A stretch of 64,000 bases of DNA from Actinomycetes bacterium. Lineage in GTDB: Bacteria > Actinomycetota > Acidimicrobiia > Acidimicrobiales > Ilumatobacteraceae. The DNA lies in assembly GCA_031415695.1 (NCBI GenBank), contig JANOSH010000001.1, positions 43,988 to 107,987 on the forward strand, in the 5' to 3' direction. The position numbers were made by a program, and so were the translations under genes. Shown one piece after another: positions 39,221 through 47,688 of this stretch. Below the pieces are notes generated by a model. That model was not told the origin of the DNA and did not search any database. It was given only the letters and a program-made list of their open reading frames with translations. Each line of letters starts with the position of its first letter. Position 1 is the first letter of the stretch.

Positions 39221-42200
39221 CTAGCGCCAGAGTCGGGTGCCGGCCGATGCGACGGCGACCGCAGCGGGGATGGCGAGGGCGATGACCACGGCCCGCCAGT
39301 CGTGCATCCAGCGGGCGGCATCGACCCAGCGATGGCTCTGCAGCCCGTAGCGAACCACCGCCCCGATGGCCAGCCACCCAAGGGCGGCGATGACGCCGGT
39401 GCGCAACAACTGCGGCGCGTTGGCGCGCCACCGTGCCGCGGCGATGGCGAATGCAGCGATCATCAACGCCGCCCCTACGTAGTGCACTAGTGGTTTCCAC
39501 GACGGGGTGTCGGGGTTGAGGAACAGCGTGGTGGCGTCGTTGGCGTCGATGGATGCGACCACCACCAGTGCGAGGGCCAGACCGACCGAACCGAGGGCCC
39601 GCCGCCAGCCGACAACGAGCGCTACCAGCGCCACGAAACCGGCCAACAGGTACATGCCGATGACCAATGGACCCGTGGGAATATTGGCTCCCAGCAGCCG
39701 AGCGGTAACCAGCGCGCCGCCGACGGCGAGCAGCGTCATCATGATGCCGGTGGCGGTGCGGGTGCCGCGCAGCATGCTGTCGAGCAGCACATACACCCAG
39801 GCCAGCGCGCGACGAACCACCGCGAACGCGGCGCGCACCGGGGCCACCGAGTTGCTCTTGCCGGCCAGCACTCCCGACGCGACCGCCGCAACGCCCAGCC
39901 CCGTGCGCGACAGTGCGTCGGACCCGATCTCCTCGCCTACCGTTTCGCCGCCTACCCGGCACGCTGCCACGAGACGGTCGACGGCAGCGACCGGCACCCG
40001 CCCAGCCGGTTCGCGAACGGCGGCCACTTGGCGGACAAATTCGAGCGCCTCTGGCACTGCGGAGGCGCCTTCGCGTTGGGATCGCTCGATAGCGTCGGCC
40101 ACGACGGGAAGTTCGTCGGCCGCGGCGAGGCGAACCAGCGCGCTGGCGACGAGTTGTAGAGTCCTGGGGAGCCGGGCAGGCAGGCGTCGCCGGTTGGCGC
40201 CGTCGAGGAACGCCAGCTCGTCGCCAATCGCTGCGATGATGTCGGCGACGTCGAGGCCGAGCCTCGGCTCAGATGCCAGCATTGTGGCCAAAGCGTCGAC
40301 GCATTCGCTCTGGCTGACGTAGCACTGACGCAGCCGGGCCGGGGTCACCAGCAACGCGGCGAGGTGGGTGGCGCCATCGAGCCGGCCCCACATCCAGTCG
40401 TTGGCCCTCCATGACGATTTGAGGAACCCGCCGAAATGCCCGAGGCTCAGGCCCCGCACCTTTTCGGTCGGGGTGCGGCCCGGGTCGATGGGACACACCG
40501 TCGTGGCTGCGACTTGCACGAAGGTGAGGCTGGGTCGTTCGCCGGGCTCGTCGTCGCTGATGTCCTGAATGACAAACAGTGCAAGTAGCCGGCGAATGAT
40601 GGCATGGTCGTCGTCGATGTGGGCGAGGTCGGCGGCGTCGGGGTTGCCGGTGGCGAGCGACGAAACCAGACGGGTGAGTATCCGGGTAGGTGGATTGGTG
40701 TCGTCGGTGTCGGCGAAGTTGCGCTGGTGGGCTTCGACGGCAGCAGCGCGCAGGTCGGGGAGGGCATCGCGCAGGGTGTGGACGATTTCGGTGAGTACTG
40801 GGGTGAGGTGCAATGCGGCGTCGCCGAGTTGGGCAAATGACTGGTCGGCCCATTCGGCGAGGCCCTCGTCGGGCACGCCGGCTTGTAGACGGACCGCCCA
40901 CCATTGCAGGTCGGTGTTGCGTGCCTCGGCGGATTGGGCTCGGCAGTCGTCGAGGCGGGCTCGGGCGATGGCGAGCCGCTGATCGAGAGCGCCTGGCGCC
41001 ACCAGGTCGAGGGCCCGCTGCACCATGTCGGCCACGGTGGCGGCCGCGGCTTCTACGGCACGGGCACCGTATCGCCAGGGGACATCGGTGGCGGCGGCGG
41101 TGGCCACGAGGAATTGGCCGTCGAGTAGGTCGGCGCGACCTCGGGCCATGCGAATGGCATTGGCGGCGCTGACCCACGACCGTGATTCGTTGGGGCCGAT
41201 CGGGTCGGCGAACGTGCGCCCGATACTGCGCAGGTGCGAGGCGACTATGGCGTCGGCGGAGGCGATGCCATCGCGTCGTAGCCAGATGGGATAGAGCTGG
41301 GTGGCGAGGTCGACGAGGTCGATTCGGGCTTCGGTGTCGCCGCCGGTCGACACGCCGAGCAGCAGCGACTCGCGCAGCCGTCGGCGCAGACCGAACTTGC
41401 GGTTGTACTCATCGATGATGGCCAGTTCCTCGGCCAGCGATTCGGCGCGAGGGAGCGAGAACAGCGACTTCGCAATGACCATGCCGAAACTGGGTGGGCT
41501 GTCGCGCACCGCAGCCGGTGGTTCGGGCGGGGTGCCGGGGTCGGGGTTGATGTACACCAGGATGCGGTCACCGGGCCGGTCGGAGCGGTGGCGGGCGATG
41601 AGTTCGAGGGCGGGGCCGACCGGCTTGTTGACCAGCACGCCACCGTCGACCGCCCACATCGATTGGCCAAACGAGGCGATGTCGATCATGTCGGGGTCGA
41701 CGGCATCGCCGGCTCCAACGCTGACGAACGACGGTTCAAAGGCACCGGGGAACGACGCGCTGGTACGGGCGGCACGGGCGAGTTGTCGGGCGGTGAGCGC
41801 CGCATCGGCGCCGCGCAGCCGTGCTCCGGTAAACGTGAACCGGGCGCGGTGACGGGGGTCGACGATGCGGTTGCCGGCTGCGTCGGTGGCGCGGGTGGGC
41901 ACTGGGTCGAGCGTCGAGGCGGTCATCACCAACTCGATGTCGGTTCGTCCGTCGGGTGCGGCGACGGCCGGTGCGGCCATCCACCTCGCTAGCACTTTGC
42001 CGGCCTCGGCCAGAAATACCTCGTCGCCCTTCAGCACCGAGGGCGGGTCTTTCGTGGCGGGGTTGCGCAGCAAATTGCTGAACGACCCGACCGACAGCCA
42101 CACGTCGCGTAACTCGTCGAACGCCGTGGCGGGCAGATCGCGGGTGGTGGCCGCAGCGAGGAACACCCCGTTCAAACCGCCGGCGCTTGCGCCCGTCATC

Positions 42201-42394
42201 ACGTCGATGACCACGGACGTGTCGACGAACTGTTCGAGCGCGCCATAGAGGCCTTCGCCTCGGGTGGCCCGATAAAACTCCGAGCTCACCCCGCCGATCC
42301 ACACGGCGAGGCTGACGCCGCCGTTCATGGCCAGCGCAACATTCAGGTCGCGAGCGGTTGGTGACATCCCTGCACCCCCAGTGGCGACACCCAT
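39221..42394 (-). CDS. Large patatin-like phospholipase with C-terminal polytopic membrane domain
   Basis: Patatin oxyanion motif ALAMNGGVSLAVWIGG and nucleophile elbow GASAG (MTGASAGGLNGVF). The catalytic Asp region is later in the protein. There is a ~600-aa middle region, and the C-terminal ~250 aa hold 6-8 TM helices. The start was moved to Met23 to avoid overlapping the divergent CHAT gene. Confidence 0.75.
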   Translation of the reverse strand: MGVATGGAGMSPTARDLNVALAMNGGVSLAVWIGGVSSEFYRATRGEGLYGALEQFVDTSVVIDVMTGASAGGLNGVFLAAATTRDLPATAFDELRDVWLSVGSFSNLLRNPATKDPPSVLKGDEVFLAEAGKVLARWMAAPAVAAPDGRTDIELVMTASTLDPVPTRATDAAGNRIVDPRHRARFTFTGARLRGADAALTARQLARAARTSASFPGAFEPSFVSVGAGDAVDPDMIDIASFGQSMWAVDGGVLVNKPVGPALELIARHRSDRPGDRILVYINPDPGTPPEPPAAVRDSPPSFGMVIAKSLFSLPRAESLAEELAIIDEYNRKFGLRRRLRESLLLGVSTGGDTEARIDLVDLATQLYPIWLRRDGIASADAIVASHLRSIGRTFADPIGPNESRSWVSAANAIRMARGRADLLDGQFLVATAAATDVPWRYGARAVEAAAATVADMVQRALDLVAPGALDQRLAIARARLDDCRAQSAEARNTDLQWWAVRLQAGVPDEGLAEWADQSFAQLGDAALHLTPVLTEIVHTLRDALPDLRAAAVEAHQRNFADTDDTNPPTRILTRLVSSLATGNPDAADLAHIDDDHAIIRRLLALFVIQDISDDEPGERPSLTFVQVAATTVCPIDPGRTPTEKVRGLSLGHFGGFLKSSWRANDWMWGRLDGATHLAALLVTPARLRQCYVSQSECVDALATMLASEPRLGLDVADIIAAIGDELAFLDGANRRRLPARLPRTLQLVASALVRLAAADELPVVADAIERSQREGASAVPEALEFVRQVAAVREPAGRVPVAAVDRLVAACRVGGETVGEEIGSDALSRTGLGVAAVASGVLAGKSNSVAPVRAAFAVVRRALAWVYVLLDSMLRGTRTATGIMMTLLAVGGALVTARLLGANIPTGPLVIGMYLLAGFVALVALVVGWRRALGSVGLALALVVVASIDANDATTLFLNPDTPSWKPLVHYVGAALMIAAFAIAAARWRANAPQLLRTGVIAALGWLAIGAVVRYGLQSHRWVDAARWMHDWRAVVIALAIPAAVAVASAGTRLWR

Positions 42395-42493
42395 CGCCAA
42401 GCTTACGACCGTAGCGTAGTTGTCGGCTTGGTCTTGACGAACTGCTCTGCAGGGGCTCAACTGACAGCAACGACGCTTTGGGTGGGGGCATCC

Positions 42494-45250
42494 ATGGGGG
42501 CATTATCTGTTCGGGCGGCAATCGACGGGCACTACGCACACGAGGCCGACACCGTGCTGCGCTGGGCGTGCTGGCCGCCTTATGACTCTGGCAGTGCTCG
42601 CGAATGGGCTCGGCGGGCCGATGCGGTGCACGAGCCGTTACCGGTCGTGTCATGCGACGACGTCACGGCCAGCGACGACAACAGCCCGGCTGCATCGGCC
42701 GCGTCGGGTGGATTGGGCGATCCTGCGTCGCTGCTGCGGCTCGGTATCGAACACCCCGGGTTGAGTTCGCGCCGGGCCAGCGAATTGCTTGGTCGACAGG
42801 TGGCCGCGCACTGTCCTATCGACGCGCGAGCGGTGGCGTGGGGGTGGCCGTTGCGGGTCACAGCGCTCGATTCGCATGTGCTCGGTGAATTGTCCAGCCT
42901 TCAGTCGTATCGCCAGCTGTATGACGTCGTCGAAGTCCCCGAGGTGCAGCACGAGCGCTACGACATCATGGTGGTCGACCCAGCGCAGGTCATGCAGATT
43001 CCGTCTCGCGTCTGGCCGACGGTGGTCGTGGTGCGCAGCACCGAGGTCGACCTGGCGTTGTTGGACCACGCGGTTGGGCAATTGGGGGCGGGTGCGGTGC
43101 TGTTCACCGGCCGACCGGTTGGCGACTGGTTCAGCGGGCTGATTGCCCAGTTGTCGCATGACAACCCGCTCGACGTGGCCCTCGCCATGTCCGAACTCGA
43201 CGCCGTGCTGTTCGCCGATTGGCGACAGCTGCAGATGACCTCGCTGCGAGTGCTCGTGCAGCGCTGGCGTCAGCAGGTATTCCTGTGGGATGGCACCGAT
43301 GTGACGGTGCCCGACCCCGGACAGGGGGTGCGATATTCCATGCCGACTGGTGCAACGGTGTCGGCACCGGAGTTCGCCGACGACCTGGTGCGCATCGCCA
43401 CCACCTACGCGTTCGAGATGGAGCGCGGGACCGGCACCACTGAAGCTAACGGGTCGCGGGCGTTGGAGGCAGCCGGGGTGGGGCGGATCGAGTTGGAGAT
43501 ACGGCTCGACCTGACGGCGTCGGCGGCAGGACCGCCGGAGGCGGAAGAACCGCCGCCACCACCCCCGCCCGCTGCGCCGACGGTGGTGCCAAGACCCACC
43601 GCGCCCACCGGGCAGCCGCCGGGCGGTCTACCCATGACGGGCCCCGGCCGGGGCGGCGAACCCGAGACGGTGGCCGCAGCCCGCTACCTCAACGTGTCGC
43701 CAGCAGCGCTCGACGCCGACGGTGCCGAACTCGATAACGAGGTCACCGCGTTCGTGGCCGGGGCCCCCTACCGCATCAGCGTGGCGGTGCGCGAGCGACG
43801 GGCCCGGGGTGCGCTGTCGCTGATGGCCGCCTTGCCCGAACCCACGCCGGGGCGGGCCACCACGCTCACCATCACGGTGTTTCAGCGCGGTCGCATCGAC
43901 ACCGCTCAAAGCAAACCGCTCGACCTGCCGGCCCGTGGCGATACCGGCTGGTGCACGTTCGATGTGGTGGCCCCGGTCGGCGCACAACAATTCGACTTGG
44001 TGGTGGTCGTCTATCACGACAACGCGTTGCAGGTGGGCGTCGTGTCGGGGCCCATCGTTGCGACCGCCGCCGACTTGCCCGCGGTTTTGGCGTGGACGTT
44101 CAACCTCGGGTCGGCCGGCGACTTCGGCGGCGGCAGCCCGACGCCGGCCATACTCGTCGACGATGCCGCCTTTGCCCGCCTCGATCTTGGCCCCGGCATG
44201 CTCAGCCCCACTGCGGTCACTGCCGGCAAGGCCCGGATGCGCCAGCGGATTCTTCAGGCGCTCGAGGCGGAAACGTCGAGACCCAAGCTGGCCAAGCTGT
44301 CGCCGGTGCTCGCCGATCTGGCCATCGACGGGCGGTTGATGCGCGATCAGTTGCTCGGTGCCGGGCCGTCGTCGTTCGATACTGCCGAACGCGTGCGGGT
44401 GGCCAGCATCGAGGCGGGCGACCCGCTGCCCCTCGAAGCGCTGTACGACCACGCTGCACCGGTCGACAATACCGTCAAGTTGTGTCAGCCGGCCCGTGAT
44501 GGTGCCGCCACCTGCACGTTGTCGTGCGCCGATCGCAACAACGCTCAGGTGGTGTGCCCGTTCGGGTTCTGGGGTATCAGCAAGTCCATCGAGCGGGTAC
44601 GAGCGCCGCGACCGGCGGCCGAGGCGCGTCCGATGGCCACCAGCTCGCTGGCCATCACGTCGTCGGCGCTCGTAGGCATTTGCGAGCGGGCCAGCAACAA
44701 GAACACGTCGGCGGCACGCAAGATCCTCAAAGCGTTTCGTGGGCTGGTGGGCCGGGCGAATCTCGATGACGTGTGGACGTGGGACGACTGGGACCGCGCC
44801 GTCGCCTCTTCGCCCAGGCTGTTGGCGCTGGTCACCCACACCGAGCAGGCCGATGGGCGTCCGGCGCTCGAAATTGGCCCGGGCGTGCTGCGCCCCATCC
44901 ATCAGGTAACCGCAGCGACCATCAACCCCACCGGGGCCAATCCCGGGCCGCTGGTGTTGTTGCTCGGTTGCGATACCGCGCATCTCGAAACCGCGTACAC
45001 CGATCTGGTCGACCGTATCCATGCAGTGGGCGCCGAGATAGTCGTAGCGGTGCAGACCCCGGTGCGCGGCGCGCAGGTGGCCGAACTGGTCGACGCTATG
45101 GTCGAGGCGTTACGCAACCAAGTGTCGGCACCCGGCACCAAACGGATGGGCGAAGTGTTGCGGGCCACCCGCCACCAGCTGCTGCTTGAGGGACGGATCG
45201 CCGGGCTGGCCGTGGTGTCGACTGGCGACGGGGGCATCGAACTGTCATGA
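42494..45250 (+). CDS. CHAT-domain (caspase-like) protease with large N-terminal domain of unknown function
   Basis: The C-terminal ~300 aa hold the caspase His/Cys dyad context: ALVTHTEQADG (His) and LVLLLGCDTAHLE (Cys, cf. CHAT LSACxTA). A Pro-rich linker (EAEEPPPPPPPAAPTVVPRPTAPTGQPPGG) is mid-protein. Nothing is recognisable in the first ~450 aa. The start was moved to Met23. Confidence 0.65.
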   Translation: MGALSVRAAIDGHYAHEADTVLRWACWPPYDSGSAREWARRADAVHEPLPVVSCDDVTASDDNSPAASAASGGLGDPASLLRLGIEHPGLSSRRASELLGRQVAAHCPIDARAVAWGWPLRVTALDSHVLGELSSLQSYRQLYDVVEVPEVQHERYDIMVVDPAQVMQIPSRVWPTVVVVRSTEVDLALLDHAVGQLGAGAVLFTGRPVGDWFSGLIAQLSHDNPLDVALAMSELDAVLFADWRQLQMTSLRVLVQRWRQQVFLWDGTDVTVPDPGQGVRYSMPTGATVSAPEFADDLVRIATTYAFEMERGTGTTEANGSRALEAAGVGRIELEIRLDLTASAAGPPEAEEPPPPPPPAAPTVVPRPTAPTGQPPGGLPMTGPGRGGEPETVAAARYLNVSPAALDADGAELDNEVTAFVAGAPYRISVAVRERRARGALSLMAALPEPTPGRATTLTITVFQRGRIDTAQSKPLDLPARGDTGWCTFDVVAPVGAQQFDLVVVVYHDNALQVGVVSGPIVATAADLPAVLAWTFNLGSAGDFGGGSPTPAILVDDAAFARLDLGPGMLSPTAVTAGKARMRQRILQALEAETSRPKLAKLSPVLADLAIDGRLMRDQLLGAGPSSFDTAERVRVASIEAGDPLPLEALYDHAAPVDNTVKLCQPARDGAATCTLSCADRNNAQVVCPFGFWGISKSIERVRAPRPAAEARPMATSSLAITSSALVGICERASNKNTSAARKILKAFRGLVGRANLDDVWTWDDWDRAVASSPRLLALVTHTEQADGRPALEIGPGVLRPIHQVTAATINPTGANPGPLVLLLGCDTAHLETAYTDLVDRIHAVGAEIVVAVQTPVRGAQVAELVDAMVEALRNQVSAPGTKRMGEVLRATRHQLLLEGRIAGLAVVSTGDGGIELS

Positions 45251-46350
45251 GCGGCGAATGGGTCGAACTCGAAGTGCTGCCCGGCGGCTACGGCGACGCC
45301 TTACTGTTGCGGTACGGCAACCGCACCGTCGAGCACACCATCCTCATCGACGCGGGGCCTGCCGAGGCCGCCACGTGGGTGCCGGTGTCGGCTCGCCTGC
45401 GGGCGCTCACCTCACCGATCGACCTGTTCGTCGTCACCCACATCGACGTCGATCACATCGCCGGAACCAAGGCGCTGCTGGCCGACGACGACTTGGCGGG
45501 GCGCATCAAGGCGGTGTGGTTCAACGGGTTCAAACACCTGGAACGGGCCGCCGATTGGCTGGGCGGCATCGACGGAGAGCTGTTCACCTCGGCCATCAGG
45601 TCCCGAGGCTATCCGTGGAACGCCGGATTCGCCGGGGCCATCGACAACCTGGTGGGCGGCCCCATACTTGTACCGGCAGCCGGCCCGCTGCCAAGGGTGC
45701 CGTTGCCGGGCGGGGCCACTGCGGTGCTGTTGTCGCCCAGCCCGAAAAAGCTCACCCGGTTGATCAAGTCGTGGCGCAAGGTGGTGGAGGATGCCGGGTT
45801 GAAACCGGGCCAGGGCGCGCACCTTGAATCGCCCCGCAAGCCGGTGGCCGACGACTGGCTGGGTGTCGCCAACCTCGCCCGAACCGCGGCCAAGGTAACG
45901 CCACGCGACACCAAACCGGCCAACGGTTCGAGCATCGCCTTCGCGTTCGAGTGGGGAGATTTCCGGGTGTTGATGGCCGCCGATGCTCACCCCGATCTGC
46001 TGACCACCAACCTGGCGCGGCTCGCCGCCGAGCACGGCGACACCCGGGTGCGGTTCGATGTCGTCAAGCTGCCCCACCACGGCAGCGCGTCGAATGTCAC
46101 CAACGACCTGCTCGCGCTCATCGAGTGTCGCGATTGGGTGATTTCCACCAACGGGGCCCGGTTCGGCCACCCCGACGACATCGCACTGGCCCGGGTGCTC
46201 ACCGCGTCACCGGGGTCGCGGCTGCACGCCAACGACAACTCCGAACGGATGCGGGCGTGGGCCAAGTTCGCGCCACCCCATGATCACGGTTACGAGCTGC
46301 GCACCCCGGCGGCCGGAACCGCCGGCTGCGTCATTCGCCTGGGGCCCTAG
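45247..46350 (+). CDS. Metallo-beta-lactamase-fold hydrolase (ComEC-type MBL, possible nuclease)
   Basis: HxHxDH motif VTHIDVDHIAG, later Asp, and VKLPHHGSASN (the PHHGS motif of ComEC-like MBLs). There is an ATGA overlap with the CHAT gene stop. Confidence 0.7.
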   Translation: MSGEWVELEVLPGGYGDALLLRYGNRTVEHTILIDAGPAEAATWVPVSARLRALTSPIDLFVVTHIDVDHIAGTKALLADDDLAGRIKAVWFNGFKHLERAADWLGGIDGELFTSAIRSRGYPWNAGFAGAIDNLVGGPILVPAAGPLPRVPLPGGATAVLLSPSPKKLTRLIKSWRKVVEDAGLKPGQGAHLESPRKPVADDWLGVANLARTAAKVTPRDTKPANGSSIAFAFEWGDFRVLMAADAHPDLLTTNLARLAAEHGDTRVRFDVVKLPHHGSASNVTNDLLALIECRDWVISTNGARFGHPDDIALARVLTASPGSRLHANDNSERMRAWAKFAPPHDHGYELRTPAAGTAGCVIRLGP

Positions 46351-46364
46351 CAGGAGAGTCAAGT

Positions 46365-46455
46365 GATCGCTCTGGAATAGGAACTCGACTTATTCTAGCA
46401 AAAGTCGAATTACTGGAATACACTAGGCCTGTAGCCCAGTCGACTGGAATAGCGA
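46365..46455. promoter_or_regulatory. AT-rich intergenic region with three direct copies of TCGA-N(0-3)-CTGGAATA and an imperfect palindrome (CTGGAATAGG...CTTATTCTAG) upstream of fic
   Basis: CTGGAATA occurs at 46372, 46413 and 46444 (spacing 41 and 31 bp). Local GC is ~45% against ~65% for the window. It lies immediately 5' of the fic start at 46457. Confidence 0.5.
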
Positions 46456-46456
46456 G

Positions 46457-47596
46457 ATGGTGAGCACCCGAGCCGAGCGGTATCAAGGTCAGGTCACCGG
46501 CTATCAGGCGTTCTTGCCGACCCCACTGCCCCCAGACCCACCGCTCAAGTGGACACCCGAACTGTTGAAAGCGCTCTCGAACGCCGACCGGGCCGTCGGC
46601 AGACTTGATGGACTCGCACGGGGCTTACCGAATCCCGACCTGTTCGTCGCGATGTACGTCCGACGCGAAGCGGTGCTCTCCTCCCAGATCGAGGGCACAC
46701 AGTCCAGCCTTGACGACATCTTGGCCTTCGAGGTGGATGCGCCGGGCATGATCCAACCAGCCGATATCACCGAGACCGTCAACTATGTCAGGGCGATGAA
46801 CACAGGCCTTCGCCTGCTGGACGAATTACCGCTGTCGGGTCGCCTCATCCGCGAAGTTCACAAGGAGCTCTTGACCGGAGTACGGGGTCAGGAACGACAC
46901 CCCGGCGAGTTCCGGCGAACACAGAACTGGATCGGCCCAGCCGGTTGCACGCTTGACACCGCCAGCTTCGTACCACCGCCACCAGGCGAACTGTCCGACT
47001 GTTTCGGCGCTTTGGAACGGTTCCTCCACGACCATGATCAACCACCTCTTGTGCTCGCTGGGTTGGCCCACGCCCAGTTCGAAACGATCCATCCGTTCCT
47101 CGACGGCAACGGTCGCGTTGGGCGTTTGCTAATCACACTGGTGCTGGTGGAACGCAATGTGCTCAGTCGACCGTTGCTCTACCTCAGCCTGTTCCTCAAA
47201 CAAAACCGCACCGAGTACTACGAGCGACTCAGCGCCGTGCGCTCGACCGGTGACTGGGAAGGTTGGCTGCGTTTCTTTCTCACCGGTGTCGAGGTCACCG
47301 CCAACGACGCAGTCAGCGTCGCTAGCGCCGTCGCCGAACTACGCGACCGTCATCTACGCCTCGCCGCGACGCAGAACGTTGGCCGGTACGGCGTGCCGAT
47401 GCTCGACCTGTTAGCGCAGCAACCGTTGGTCACCGTGAAGTACGCGGTCGAACATCTCGGTACGACATCCACGACGGTTGGTGCGCTCCTCGACCGGTAC
47501 GCTGCGCTCGGCGTTGTCGAGGAAGTAACCGGTCTGAAACGCAACCGGGTCTACCGCTACTCGCCATACCTCAACCTGTTCACCACTGGTCAATAG
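46457..47596 (+). CDS. fic: Fic/Doc-family protein (AMPylator-type) with C-terminal winged helix
   Basis: Canonical Fic motif HPFLDGNGRVGR. An N-terminal Fic_N-like region is present, and the C-terminal ~80 aa are wHTH-like. Confidence 0.9.
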   Translation: MVSTRAERYQGQVTGYQAFLPTPLPPDPPLKWTPELLKALSNADRAVGRLDGLARGLPNPDLFVAMYVRREAVLSSQIEGTQSSLDDILAFEVDAPGMIQPADITETVNYVRAMNTGLRLLDELPLSGRLIREVHKELLTGVRGQERHPGEFRRTQNWIGPAGCTLDTASFVPPPPGELSDCFGALERFLHDHDQPPLVLAGLAHAQFETIHPFLDGNGRVGRLLITLVLVERNVLSRPLLYLSLFLKQNRTEYYERLSAVRSTGDWEGWLRFFLTGVEVTANDAVSVASAVAELRDRHLRLAATQNVGRYGVPMLDLLAQQPLVTVKYAVEHLGTTSTTVGALLDRYAALGVVEEVTGLKRNRVYRYSPYLNLFTTGQ

Positions 47597-47688
47597 CGCA
47601 ATTTTCCGGCCAGCCCGTCTCAAGCCGGGAAGTCCACGCTTCGTGCCTGCGGTCCAAATGGTCCGGCTCGACTAACGTCAGAGCTTGT

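Noticed and set aside
39126-42653. Arg-rich minus-strand ORFs (278, 302, 305 aa) in alternative frames of the patatin gene and its upstream region
   Set aside because: Translations are extremely Arg/Pro/His-rich (for example RRRHRHHDD...) with no motifs. The patatin frame has GGxxxG and GASAG motifs and a coherent TM domain.
43628-45022. 464-aa minus-strand ORF antisense to the CHAT gene
   Set aside because: Arg/Gly-rich low-complexity. The sense frame has the His/Cys CHAT dyad and is ATGA-coupled to the MBL gene.
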